Source: an uncultured delta proteobacterium
GTDB taxonomy: Bacteria > Desulfobacterota > Desulfomonilia > UBA1062
NCBI GenBank assembly: GCA_963752595.1
Contig: CAVVYZ010000009.1
Span: 288,001 to 352,000, forward strand
Length of the DNA: 64,000 nt
Direction: 5' to 3'
Part shown: positions 45,720 to 58,361 of the stretch, piece after piece
Position numbering within the stretch: the stretch's first letter is position 1
Layout of the letters: every line of letters starts with the position of its first letter
Translations under genes and position numbers: made by a program
Notes under the pieces: model-generated
Databases searched by the model: none
Told to the model about the DNA's origin: nothing
Seen by the model: the letters and a program-made list of their open reading frames with translations, nothing else

Positions 45720-45983
45720 ATGAAAAGGGCAAGAAGAAACAGGACCCAGACCAAGGCACTGAATCAGATCATTTTGCTGAGTGCATGGAGCTTCACCCTG
45801 GTCATCTCCTCGTTCCTGTTCATGTTCGCGGGCCGGTGGATCGATGTAAAGTTCAATACGGAACCGACCTTCATGCTGGGGCTGTTGGTACTGGGGATCG
45901 GGTTATGCATTGCCCGGATGTACACGGACTATACGAAGGCCAAAGATGAGCTGAACACCCGCAGGGTAAGGTACCAGTCCTAG
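45720..45983 (+). CDS. AtpZ/AtpI (ATPase_gene1)-family membrane protein, orphan
   Basis: 'F.G.WID.KF.T.P.F.L..L.LG' pattern; AAGGAGG RBS. Confidence 0.75.
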   Translation: MKRARRNRTQTKALNQIILLSAWSFTLVISSFLFMFAGRWIDVKFNTEPTFMLGLLVLGIGLCIARMYTDYTKAKDELNTRRVRYQS

Positions 45984-46033
45984 TCGATCAGTCAAGAAAG
46001 CCGGAGAACCATCCGGCATATTGCATCATGAAA

Positions 46034-46068
46034 GCGGGCCGCCTGTAACAGGCGGCCCGTTGCTTTTC
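46034..46068. terminator. Terminator hairpin between convergent atpZ-like gene and icd
   Basis: CGGGCCGCCTG-TAA-CAGGCGGCCCG flanked by AAA / TTTT. Confidence 0.65.
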
Positions 46069-46193
46069 AAGCATGAGAATCAGTTGCACAAAAAAACCAT
46101 GCCCTGGTTGGGGACCGTGGTGTGTATGGATCGTTTCCGGGGACGGAATGCAGGTCCGCTCGCAAAGAACGGACCTGCATGGAGAGCCCCTTA

Positions 46194-47416
46194 TCAGTTC
46201 ATTCTTTCGACGATTGCGTGGGCGAATTCGGAGCATTTGAGCAAGGTCGCGCCTTCCATCTGGCGCTCGAAGTCGTAGGTGACCTGCTTGTCGGATATGG
46301 CCTTACCGATGCCCTTGCGGATCAGGATGGCCGCTTCTTTCCAGCCGAGGTAGTCGAACATCATGGCGCCGGAGAGGATCAGCGAGCCCGGGTTGATCTT
46401 GTCCTGGCCGGCATATTTCGGCGCAGTGCCGTGGGTCGCCTCGAATACGGCGAAGGGGATCCGATATTGGCGCCGGGCGCTATGCCGAGCCCTCCGACCT
46501 GGGCAGCCAGGGCATCGGATATGAAATCGCCGATAAGGTTCGGCACCGCGAGCACGCTGTATTCTCCGGGCCGCAGCAGCACCTGCTGGAACATGGAATC
46601 TGCAATGCGGTCGTTCACGAGGATCTTGCCTTCGGGGAGCTTGCCGCCATAGACCTTGTTCAGCTCGTCTTCCGTGACCGCATGATCGCCGAACTCGTCC
46701 TTGACGAGCTCGTAGCCCCAGTCCCTGAAGGCCCCTTCGGTATATTTCATAATATTGCCCTTGTGCACCAGGGTAACGACCTTTTTGTTATTCTCCACGG
46801 CGTACTCCATGGCCATCTTCACCAGGCGCCTGGTGCCGGTGATGGAGATGGGCTTGATTCCGATGCCCGAATCCTCACGGATGTTGGTTTTGAGATTGTC
46901 ATTGAGGAAACTGATGACCTTTTTCACCTCGTTGCTTCCCTGATGCCATTCGATGCCCGCATAGACGTCTTCGGTATTCTCCCTGAAAACGGTGATGTCC
47001 ACGAGCTCGGGCCTCTTCACGGGCGCGGGCGTCCCGGTGTAGTACTTGACCGGCCTCACACAGGCGAACAGGTCGAGGACCTGCCTTAGAGTAACGTTGA
47101 GCGACCTGATCCCGCCGCCCACGGGCGTGGTGAGCGGGCCCTTGATGCCCACAATATATTCCCGGAAGGCATCCAATGTTTCTTCCGGCAGGTAGCTGCC
47201 GGTCAGGTCAAACGCCTTCTGTCCTGCCAGGACCTCTTTCCACACGATCTTCCGCGTGCCTTTGTATGCCTTTTCAACCGCTGCATCGAATACGAACCGT
47301 GATGCCTTCCAGATATCCGGCCCGACTCCGTCTCCTTCTATATAGGGGATGATCGCGTCATCCGGGACATTGAGCTTTCCGTTTGAAAATGTAATCCTGG
47401 TGCCCTTTTCCATCAT
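46194..47416 (-). CDS. icd: NADP-dependent isocitrate dehydrogenase (frameshift near 46455)
   Basis: 'IEGDGVG', '[17 protein letters not shown]', 'RENTED', 'HKGNIMK'; '[12 protein letters not shown]' in next frame. Confidence 0.93.
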
Positions 47417-47430
47417 AAACTCCTAAAATA

Positions 47431-49355
47431 TTATTGGTTCGCAGCCCGGGTGTTCCGGTGGAGCTCCTCCCACAGGAGGTGCTGGTATTTCTGGAGGTCC
47501 TTGGTGCTCATCTGCATGCCCCGGGACTCATACACGCTCTGGATCGCCTTGACAACGTCTTCGAACCGGATATCGAGGCCCAGGACCCCGACCATCTCAT
47601 CTTTTGCATCCACAATAGGCGAGGAAACGGTGATGATCAGCGCACGGGTGATGCGGGACGTGGTGACCCCGCTCACGTAGAGCTTGCCCTCTTCGATGGT
47701 CTTGACGAACCACTCCCTGTCCGAACAGTCCTCGTGCTCCTTCATGAGGTGCTTGAACTGCCCCCGGTACTCGGGCTGGGTGATGTTGTGCGTAATCTTG
47801 ACGCCGTTCATGTCCGTCACATAGGCAAACTGGATGAACGGGAACTCCTTGATGAACTCCATGATCACGGGTTCCTGCAGTTTGGGGTCCATGCTGCGGA
47901 CATCCTCGTTTTCCAGCAGCTCTGCAATGAGCCGGCCCGCATACTCCCTGGCTTCGTACTTGATGAGATCGAAACCCGAGAGGAAGAGCTGCGGGATAAA
48001 GCGCATGGAGAGCTTTTCGAGCTCTTCATCGGACATCGAGGTGATCCTGCCGTCCTCGTATTCCTTGGCGATGTGCTGGTAGATGCGGGAAATACCGGGG
48101 TGCCGCTTGTCGATGTCGTCCGGGGGGACAAGCTTATAGTGACGGTTGACCCAGTGGGCGATCCCTGCCTTGCCCGACTTGTCCGTGATGGCGATCTCGA
48201 TGGGCCTGTTCAGAAGAAGCTTCGTATCGAAGATATTGTAGATCTCTTCGTTCTTGATCAGGCCGTCGGCATGGATTCCCGCCCTCGTGACATTGAAGTT
48301 CTCGCCCACGAACGGGTAGTTGGCCGGGATGGAGAAGTTGAGCTCCGCGTTCACGTACTCGGCCAGCTCGGTTATGGCCTTGTATTGACCGTCTCGTCGT
48401 GCCCTCGCAGGGAGAGGTACTCGAAGACCATGGCCTCGATGGGGGTGTTGCCCGTACGCTCGCCGAAGCCTAAGATGGCGCCGTTGACTGCCGAGCACCC
48501 GTAGAGCCAGGCCGTGGTGGCGTTGGACAGCCCCTTGTGAAAATCGTTGTGTCCGTGCCACTCCAGGAGATGCGATGGAACGCCCGCATCATCGACGAAT
48601 GCGCGCACCAGCTTGTCTACCGCCCTGGGCAGCGCTGCACCGGGAAACGATACCCCGAAGCCCATCGTATCGCACAGCCTGATCTTGATATCGATCCTGC
48701 TCTCCTCCTTAAGCTTCATGAGCTCCCTGGCAAAGGGGACGCAGAACCCGTAGATGTCGGCACGGGTGATATCCTCCAGGTGGCACCTCGGGACGATTCC
48801 CATGGAGAGCGCCTCCTTGACCACGCCCAGGAACTCATCCATGACCTTTTTCCGGTTCGAACCGAGCTTGAGGAAGATGTGGTAATCCGATATGGAGGTG
48901 AGCATGCCCGTTTCCCGGATGCCCATGTCCCTGACGAGCTTGAGGTCTTCCTTGCTGGCCCTGATCCACGAGGTGATCTTCGGGAACTCATAGCCCTTTG
49001 CCAGGCATTCCTCGACCGCCAGCCTGTCCTTGCGGGAATAGAGGAAGAATTCCGAAGCCCGGATAAGGCCCTTTTCCCCGCCTATTTCGTGGAGAAAATC
49101 GAACAGGCGGGATATCTGCTCCACGGAAAAAGGCGTCATGGACTGCTGTCCGTCGCGGAACGTGGTGTCGGTGATAAAGATGTCTTCGGGCGGCTGGATG
49201 GGAAGAATACGCATGTCGAAGTCGATCTTGGGGACCTCGGTATACGGAAAGATCGACCGGTAGTAATTGCCCTCGGCTACGTTATCGATGCCGGACTGGA
49301 AATTCTTGCCCGGCGTGTAATAAAATAGTTTCTTCCTCTCATCCCATCGCGCCAT
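47431..49355 (-). CDS. Re-citrate synthase (DRE-TIM metallolyase) with C-terminal Cache-like domain (frameshift near 48378)
   Basis: 'FPY.EVP', 'DTTFRDGQQ', 'HLEDITRAD', 'HGHND', 'GERTGN', 'AGIHADG'; tail 'SDREWF..TS.ITRALIITVS.PI..GVLG.D'. Confidence 0.8.
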
Positions 49356-49359
49356 GCGG

Positions 49360-50159
49360 CTACTTCCTCCTTGGCGTGTATGCTTCCTTGGGCATTTTTC
49401 CGGGTCGGGCGCGCCTGCCTCCCTGCGTGCCGCGATGATCTCCTCCATGGAAATGTCCCGCGGGATCTTCAAATCCTGGCCTACGTAAACGGCCTTCGGG
49501 TCCTTGATCTGGTCGCGGTTTGCCTTGTAGATGAGCGGCCACATGAACGAATCGTTGTAGATCTCGTGCCGTGCGGCAATGCTGGGCAGGGTCTCGTTTC
49601 TCTTCACCACGTAGATCGTCGGGGTACACTTCCAGGACATCGGCCTTGCCCTGGCTCTTGATTTCTTCACGCTTCTGCGCCACATCGAGGCTCAAATCCT
49701 CGATCCGCTTCTGCTTTGCCTGGACCGTTGTCTCCTGGGCCTTCTGGACGATCTCATCGAGCTGCTTGCCAAGGACGGAGAGCACCTGCAGATCCCCGTC
49801 CATATAAGCGTTCTGCATCTTCAAATACACCAGCAGCACGTTGAAGGAATCCTTCGGGGCGTACTCGAATGCCGATACATCCACAATCTTCTTGATGTCC
49901 GACAGCGCCTTGTGCATGATCTCACGGCCCTGCTTATCGACCTGGCTGAAATGCCTGCCGGCCTGGAAAAAAGCCTGGCGGGCAGCTTCCCTGTCGCCTA
50001 GGTCCTGCGCCTCAAGACCTTTCTGCATACTTTCGACCCCCAGCTTCAATGAATCCTGCTGGGATATGACTCCCTCAGCACCGTCGGTAATATCCGGCGC
50101 AGGTTTTTTCGCACATCCGAGAACAAGCAGTGCCGAGAGAATAAAGAAGCTTATCCTCC

Positions 50160-50163
<4 letters not shown>
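49360..50163 (-). CDS. LysM-domain lipoprotein (two compensating frameshifts)
   Basis: Lipobox 'VLGC'; 'YVVK..ETL..IA...IY.D...WP.IY.ANRDQI.DP...GQ.L.IP'. Confidence 0.8.
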
Positions 50164-51943
<1,780 letters not shown>

Positions 51944-51947
<4 letters not shown>

Positions 51948-53209
51948 GTATTTTCTCCTTGATTGGACAGCATTGAGCGTATCTTTTCCCGGACGTCCGA
52001 CCGCGGAACCCTGATCTGATCGGATGTCCGTAAGTCTTTCAGCGCCACTACAGAAGTCTTCACCTCATCTTCGCCGATTATGACGCATACGGGGCAGCCC
52101 GATTTGCCGGCCCGCCGCATCTGAGCCTTGAAGCTCTTCCCGAAGACAGCCTCTGCCGGGATCATATCTTTGCGGAGCTCGGAGAGGAGCAGAGCGGCAT
52201 AGCGCTTCACCTCTTCATCGCCCTGGGCTACGACATAGCAGCCTTGATCCTGCTTCGGTCTCTCTGCGAGCAGCATTATGATGCGCTCGAGGCCGAATGC
52301 AAAGCCGATCCCCGGGGCATCGGGGCCTCCGAGGGTCTTGACGAGGTTGTCGTACCGACCGCCGCCGGCAACGGCATTCTGTGAACCCAAGCCCTCTGCG
52401 GTTATCTCAAAGGTCGTCCTGGTATAGTAATCGAGCCCCCTGACGAGGTTCGGGTTCTTTTTGTAGACAACGCCCAGGCTGTCGAGGAAACCAAGAACCT
52501 GTCCGTAGTGCTCCCTGCATGCATCGCAGAGGAACTCCTCGATCACCGGCGCGCCTTGGGCGGCCTCCTTGCAGGAGACGGACTTGCAGTCAAGAACCCT
52601 CAGCGGGTTTTTATGCATCCTGCGGGAGCAGTCCGGGCATAAGTCCTCGGACTTTCTGCCGAAGAATTCCTGGAGCGCCTTCTTGTAATTCTCCCGGCAT
52701 TCTTCGCACCCCAGAGAGTTGACTTCCATGCTCACGTTCCGGAGTCCGAGATCTTTTGCCAGCCGGTAGGCGAGCTCCAGTGTCTCGGCATCGGAGAACG
52801 GCTCGACCTCGCCGAGGCGTTCGACGTTGATCTGGTGGAACTGGCGGTACCGTCCCTTCTGGGGCCGCTCGTAGCGGAACATAGGCCCCATGGTGTAGAG
52901 CTTCCGGACCGGGTCTTCACCCAGCAGGCCGTGCTCGATGACGGCGCGGAGCACCGAAGCCGTAGCCTCGGGTCTGAGCGTTATGGAGTCTCCTCCCTTG
53001 TCGGTGAAGGTGTACATCTGCTTTTCCACCACGTCCGTCTCATCGCCGATGCCCCTTAAGAAAAGCTCGGTCCTTTCCATGATCGGCGGCCTGAGCTCCT
53101 CGAACCCGTAGAGCGTAAAAATCCTCCTGGCCGTCTCCTCCACGAAACGCCACTTGGATATATCTTTTGGCAGGATATCGTTGATCCCGCGTATTGCCTT
53201 GATTTCCAC
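51944..53209 (-). CDS. hisS: Histidine--tRNA ligase
   Basis: 'LRPEAT', '[13 protein letters not shown]', 'RGLDYY', 'GGRYD'. Confidence 0.96.
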
Positions 53210-53261
53210 AGTATGCCTCCGAATTACGGATTGTTATCTCACTTGATCCCGGTGTGTCAAT

Positions 53262-54140
53262 CTAAAGGCCTCTGGACCACTCGGGCCGCAGCAGCCTCGA
53301 ATTTTCATCCTTCATGGCCCGGTCGATGAGATCGAGGATGGTCTCCTTGTCCTTGGGCAGCGTGCCGTTTATGGGGAGGTAGTTGGAGGCGTGCTCGGTG
53401 CCGAACTTGCAGTCGGTCACGGTGAGGTCCTCCACGAACCACCGGAGCTCCTGGAGCGACTGCATCTTGTTCAGCAGCTTGAAGTCGCCGCCCATGAGTT
53501 TTTTCTCGTAAACCTCTTCATACGGCCCCAGCATGAGCGTCAACGTGGCAAGAAAGTTCGGATTGATAGCATTGGCCACGCGGGCGGAATCCTTGGCATG
53601 CTCCCGGCTCCCCTCTGCACCGCCCAGGCCGAGGATGATGAAGGTGGACATACGCAAGCCCGCATCTATGGCCTTTTTGCTCCCGTCGATGATCTCTCTC
53701 GCCGTAGCCCCCTTGTGGATCTTCTTCAGCAGCGCATCGTTGCCGGTCTCGATGCCGAGGTAGAGGACGTCGAGCTTGCGCTTGCGCAGCTCTTTGAGGT
53801 CGTCGATGCTCTTTTCCATGAGGTTCGTAGGCCCTGCATAGATGCTGACCCGCTCCAGGCGGGGAAACTTTTCGTTCAGGAGGTCGAGCACCTTGATGAG
53901 GTAGCCGGTTTCCAGGCACAAGGGGTCTCCGTCGGCCAGAAACACCTTTTTCGTATGCGGCTGATACTTCGCCATCTCTATGATATCATTGCTTAAGTCT
54001 TCCCAGGGCCTTACCTTGAAGCGCTTTCCCTTGTACATGCCGCAGAACAGGCATTTGTTCCACGAGCATCCGAGCGCAACCTGAAATATGACCGACCGTC
54101 CCTCGGACGGCGGTCTGTACAGCGGCATATCGTATTCCAT
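53262..54140 (-). CDS. Radical SAM protein (uncharacterised family)
   Basis: 'YRPPSE', CSWNKCLFC, 'FLADGD', 'HASNY'; GAGGAGG RBS. Confidence 0.88.
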   Translation of the reverse strand: MEYDMPLYRPPSEGRSVIFQVALGCSWNKCLFCGMYKGKRFKVRPWEDLSNDIIEMAKYQPHTKKVFLADGDPLCLETGYLIKVLDLLNEKFPRLERVSIYAGPTNLMEKSIDDLKELRKRKLDVLYLGIETGNDALLKKIHKGATAREIIDGSKKAIDAGLRMSTFIILGLGGAEGSREHAKDSARVANAINPNFLATLTLMLGPYEEVYEKKLMGGDFKLLNKMQSLQELRWFVEDLTVTDCKFGTEHASNYLPINGTLPKDKETILDLIDRAMKDENSRLLRPEWSRGL

Positions 54141-54430
54141 GCGATCCTCCTCGTTCGAACCGGATACTGTCTTTTTAGAGCCTGCGGGCGTCAGCTTCAA
54201 CCTCTTGCCCGTGCATTCGTTTTCAGGCATCCGCCGCAGTCTTCTTCCGGCTTTCTTCTGCAGCGTCTTAAGGAGAGAGTTTTTGTGTTCTTATGGTTCC
54301 TGCCAAAGGGGAAGGGGCACTTACGCCTCTTAAAAATGGTGCAAGAAACATAGAAGAAATGTAGCACGCCCTTAAGCGCTGCTGATTCTTACTGGTATTT
54401 AAACCATATCGGGCGGAAAAATTCAACCGA

Positions 54431-54826
54431 TCACTGATGATCGATCGGTTTGTACGGCTTGATATCCAAGATGGGAGTACCGTCTACGAGATCCACGTTC
54501 TCAACGGACAATAAAGGCGGATCGACGGCAACCAGCTTCAGGATCGACATGCCGATGGCATTCGGCCGCATGGGGGAGCACAGGCTGAACACGCCTTTGA
54601 CCCTGCCTGTCGGACTCTTCTGCCTGAGGGTATATCCTTCGGAGAGGTGGAAGTGGAAGAGGACGACGATGTGCTCGTACTCTTCCAGGGCATCGAGCCC
54701 TTCGAGAAAGGGCTTGAAAATCTCGATAGTGCCCTTGACATCGGATATGGAATAAAAGCGTGGCGCATCTGCGGGTTTTTTGATCCCGCAATGCATCACA
54801 CCGATGGGTTCATAACAGATCTTCAT
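54431..54826 (-). CDS. trmO: tRNA m6t6A37 methyltransferase TrmO/TsaA family
   Basis: 'PIG', 'GVFS..SP.RPN.IG.S', 'DL.DGTPILDIKPY'. Confidence 0.88.
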   Translation of the reverse strand: MKICYEPIGVMHCGIKKPADAPRFYSISDVKGTIEIFKPFLEGLDALEEYEHIVVLFHFHLSEGYTLRQKSPTGRVKGVFSLCSPMRPNAIGMSILKLVAVDPPLLSVENVDLVDGTPILDIKPYKPIDHQ

Positions 54827-54897
54827 ACATCGTATCTTCGTGAGGATGACGGCTTCAAGCCTCTTCCGTCACTGATCGGCAACTTAAAAAGCTCTTC

Positions 54898-55644
54898 TTA
54901 CGCTTCCTCACTCTCATTGTTGATGAGATATTTTGCAACGACGGCATTTACCGAATACGCCGGCTGTTTGCCCTGTTTGACCTGCCTCAGAACTTCGAGA
55001 TCGGACTTCCACGCGAGATGGCCGGGGGCAAGGAAGCAGAAGCTGCCCGGCTCATAGGTGGTGCTCACCGCATCGTCTTTATAATAGAAGAAATCATTGT
55101 TTATCTCCGTGGGAAAGCCCCTCATGACGGACGGGAGATCGGTGGGCTGGAACCACAGCTTGATCTCGCGCTCCGAATCTTCCCTGTTCGCCGAGGCATG
55201 GATGAGGTTGTCCACCCTGTCGCCTATATACTTTCCATTGTCATCCTTCAAGGGCACAACAGTCCCGAGTGCACGGATGCATCCGGGCCTCTGAACCCGG
55301 GCGTCATGGGGATTGGTCGGGCCGCAGATGTCGCGGATCGTTTTGATGGCAGCCGGCCCCTGGTAGACGATGGCAATGACCCTGCGCTTCCATGGGTCGT
55401 TGGGATAGTGGAGATACCCCCTGATGTATTCAAGGAGCGAAGGATAGAAGAACTTCCCTTTGTGCTCCGCATAATGTTCCTCTGCCAGCACCAGGTTTAC
55501 GGAAACGACCTTCAGCCCGGCAAAACGCAGGCCCGTATGGAACTCGGAAAACTGAGAGAGTATATACCCGGTCAATGAATTCTTGAGCGCATCAGGCTTG
55601 ATCAGTACCAGGGATCTCTCGATATCCTCTTTTGTCATGCACAT
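54898..55644 (-). CDS. ndk: Nucleoside diphosphate kinase, extended form
   Basis: 'ERSLVLIKPD', 'HYAEH.GK.F', 'G.TNP', 'NLIHAS', 'EIKLWF'; start 55644 or 55638. Confidence 0.82.
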   Translation of the reverse strand: MCMTKEDIERSLVLIKPDALKNSLTGYILSQFSEFHTGLRFAGLKVVSVNLVLAEEHYAEHKGKFFYPSLLEYIRGYLHYPNDPWKRRVIAIVYQGPAAIKTIRDICGPTNPHDARVQRPGCIRALGTVVPLKDDNGKYIGDRVDNLIHASANREDSEREIKLWFQPTDLPSVMRGFPTEINNDFFYYKDDAVSTTYEPGSFCFLAPGHLAWKSDLEVLRQVKQGKQPAYSVNAVVAKYLINNESEEA

Positions 55645-55964
55645 TCTCCTTACCTTTGAAATATGCCTTCGTGAGTATGCAAAGCAAAGGTTCACCAAGG
55701 CAGCAGCTTGCCGTATACAGTATCCGATTTTGTTGTTTTCTCTAGTATATTCTTTCCCGGTGAAGCAACTGTTAATTGCCTCTTTTTTGACATTTGATCG
55801 ATATTTTTTAAGATATCGTTCATGTCACTTTCCGGACAGGCATTCAATTCGTGGGTTTTTAAGGCCCTCACGGCCATATCTTGAGAATTTTTCATTGAAG
55901 ATTATTCATGAGAGTTATCAGTACCCGTGTCATATAAAAAGGAGGCTACCGTATGCTCTCTCTC

Positions 55965-56624
55965 ATGAGAAAAAATATCGGTAAACTTATCATGGCAATG
56001 GGCATTACCATCGCTTTCCTTCTCGCTTCCATTACCCCGCTCCATGCACAGCAGGCAGCACCTCGGACATCTGTGTATTCGGCAGACCTCAAAACGGTCA
56101 ACGATACCCTGCCGGGCAACAAAGCAAAAGGCAGGGCAGAGATAAGGGTCACGGGCGACGAAATGCTCATTACGGTCAATGCGGAAGGCTTGCCGCCGAA
56201 GATGATGATCATCCAGCATCTCCACGGATTCAGGGATGGGAAAAAGGCAACCTGTGCGACGATGAAGGAAGATGCCAACAAAGACGGCATCGTCGATGTC
56301 AAGGAGTCGGAACAGGTGACCGGCGTTGAGCTTATCCCCCTGAATAATAAGGTTGAAAAGCTTGACATGAAAGACAAATCCTACCCCAAAAGCTCCGAGC
56401 AGGGCACATTGCAGTACAGCAAGAAAGTATCTCTGAAAAAGCTGCAGGATGCCTTGAAAAAGAACAACGACATGACCAATATCCAGCTTGAAAACATGGT
56501 TATCAACCTGCACGGAGTTGCAAAGGATACAAAGCTTCCTTCCACGGTCAAATCCGTGATGAAGCTGCCCCCTGCCGCAACCGTGCCTGTTGCCTGCGGC
56601 GAAATCAAAAAGGCCCAGCAGTAA
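55965..56624 (+). CDS. Exported hypothetical protein (CHRD/Cu-Zn SOD-like fold suspected)
   Basis: Signal peptide; 'QHLHG', 'ATC', 'DANKDGIVDVKE', 'NLHG', 'PVACG'. Confidence 0.65.
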   Translation: MRKNIGKLIMAMGITIAFLLASITPLHAQQAAPRTSVYSADLKTVNDTLPGNKAKGRAEIRVTGDEMLITVNAEGLPPKMMIIQHLHGFRDGKKATCATMKEDANKDGIVDVKESEQVTGVELIPLNNKVEKLDMKDKSYPKSSEQGTLQYSKKVSLKKLQDALKKNNDMTNIQLENMVINLHGVAKDTKLPSTVKSVMKLPPAATVPVACGEIKKAQQ

Positions 56625-56657
56625 GGCAGAAGCATCTGAAAATAATCCCTCTTAAAC

Positions 56658-56692
56658 GTCCGACGGTTCCGGGAACATCGGAACCGTCGGAC
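56658..56692 (+). terminator. Perfect 14-bp hairpin after exported protein gene
   Basis: GTCCGACGGTTCCG-GGAACAT-CGGAACCGTCGGAC; U-tail weak. Confidence 0.5.
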
Positions 56693-56888
56693 ATATACAT
56701 GGCATGCGTTGTGGGGTTCATCCCGTGATTTAGAGGTATACATCTACGTAAATACACTCCTTACGGCAAAAAGCCGCGTCTCGCCCTCCGTTCATAAAAA
56801 AATTTACCATTCGCATTTTTTTGAACACCATTTTTCCTCTCTTGGTGTATAGAAACCGTGCATTAGATTTTTTAAAACGAGGTTTGGC

Positions 56889-57686
56889 TTGAGTCTGTTT
56901 CAGGCGATACTTTTGGGTTTTGTTCAGGGGCTGGGGGAATTCCTGCCTATCTCGAGCTCTGCGCACCTGGTTCTGATCCCCTGGCTTTTCAGTTGGACAG
57001 ACCCGGGCCTCACGTTCGATATCGCCCTGCACATAGGAACGCTCATCGCCGTGGTCCTCTACTTCTGGAAAGACTGGGTCCATCTGATCACTCAGGGGCT
57101 GACCAATGCCCGGAGCACGGACGGACGTCTGTTCTGGTATCTGGTCCTGGCGAGCATACCGGGGGCTGCGATCGGGCTCCTGCTGGAGGATAAGGCGGAA
57201 ACCGTCTTCAGGAACCCGCTGCTCACCGCTGCCATGCTGATCATGGCGGGCATCCTCTTATACTGGGCAGACCGGAAGAGTGCGAAAAACATCGAGATGA
57301 GCACTATCCCCTTGGGATCGAGCCTCCTCATCGGGCTGTCTCAGGCACTGGCTATCATCCCGGGGGTTTCCCGGTCGGGCATCACCATGTCGATGGCATT
57401 GACGCTGGGCTTGACGAGGGAGAGTGCCGCCCGGTTCTCATTCCTGCTCGCAACTCCTATCATATTCGGGGCTGCAAGCGTGAAGATCCCCTATATGGTG
57501 TCGCATCCGGAAATGATCAGCTTAAACTTCACGGCCGGGATACTGACCTCCTGCATCGTAGGCATCGTAAGTATCGGGTTTCTGCTCCGCTATGTGCAGA
57601 CAAAAAACTTTCTGCCTTTTGTCTGGTACCGGTTCCTGCTGGGGGGCATCGTGATCATGGTCGCTCTGGCGAGGTGGGCCGCCTGA
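56889..57686 (+). CDS. uppP: Undecaprenyl-diphosphate phosphatase
   Basis: 'QGL.EFLPISSS.H', 'PG.SRSG.T', 'FSFLL'. Confidence 0.94.
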   Translation: MSLFQAILLGFVQGLGEFLPISSSAHLVLIPWLFSWTDPGLTFDIALHIGTLIAVVLYFWKDWVHLITQGLTNARSTDGRLFWYLVLASIPGAAIGLLLEDKAETVFRNPLLTAAMLIMAGILLYWADRKSAKNIEMSTIPLGSSLLIGLSQALAIIPGVSRSGITMSMALTLGLTRESAARFSFLLATPIIFGAASVKIPYMVSHPEMISLNFTAGILTSCIVGIVSIGFLLRYVQTKNFLPFVWYRFLLGGIVIMVALARWAA

Positions 57687-57690
57687 TTCC

Positions 57691-58092
57691 TCACTGTTTC
57701 CCCGGCGAGGTTTTCTCCACGATGTAGTCCTTCAGGGCAACGGCATTGTTGTGATCTTCATCCCTGGCCGAGTACACCAGCGTAACCTTCCCCTCTTCCT
57801 CTATCTTGTGCCAGAGGAGATCGATAAGCTCAGGGCGTGCATCGAGCTCTGAAAAGTACCTTTCTTTGAACTCTCCCCACTTTTCCGGGTCATGGCCGGA
57901 CCATTTGCGCAGCTCATTGCTCGGCGCGATGTCCTTGAACCAGAGATCGATGCGAGCCCGCTCCTTTTTCACGCCCCGGGGCCAGAGCCTGTCCACCAGG
58001 ATCCTGAAGCCGTCGGCCTCGTCAGGGTTCTCGTAGGTCCGCTTCAGGCGTATGGACAAAAAGCTGTGATCTCTCTTTCCCATTCGAATCAC
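57691..58092 (-). CDS. DUF488 (YeaO-like) protein
   Basis: 'DG.RILVDRLWPRG..K', 'APS.ELRKW', 'HNNA.AL'; start uncertain. Confidence 0.88.
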   Translation of the reverse strand: MIRMGKRDHSFLSIRLKRTYENPDEADGFRILVDRLWPRGVKKERARIDLWFKDIAPSNELRKWSGHDPEKWGEFKERYFSELDARPELIDLLWHKIEEEGKVTLVYSARDEDHNNAVALKDYIVEKTSPGKQ

Positions 58093-58361
58093 CTCCGTCT
58101 GCCCTTGTTTTCCTGCGAGGATTTCACAGGCTCAAGGGGCCCCCTGTCCGCTGTTTTTTGTGCTCTTCACTCTCTACAAGAGAAATAAGAACCGGCGGCA
58201 GAATAACAACCGTGTCCTTTGTTGCCTGACCGGGTCTGATCATCCCTTATCAGAGCAGGGAAATATCCTGATTTTTTCATTGGCACCTTTCCCTATGCCC
58301 TCTTGCATACTATCATTTTCACAAAGACGCATCAGATATTCCTTTTCCATGAGGAGGAGAA

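Noticed and set aside
48372-49685. Apparent LysM-citrate synthase fusion in the ORF track
   Set aside because: Artefact of two compensating frameshifts in the upstream LysM lipoprotein; separate start at 49355
55692-55895. 67-aa minus-strand ORF upstream of ndk
   Set aside because: AT-rich divergent promoter region, no support
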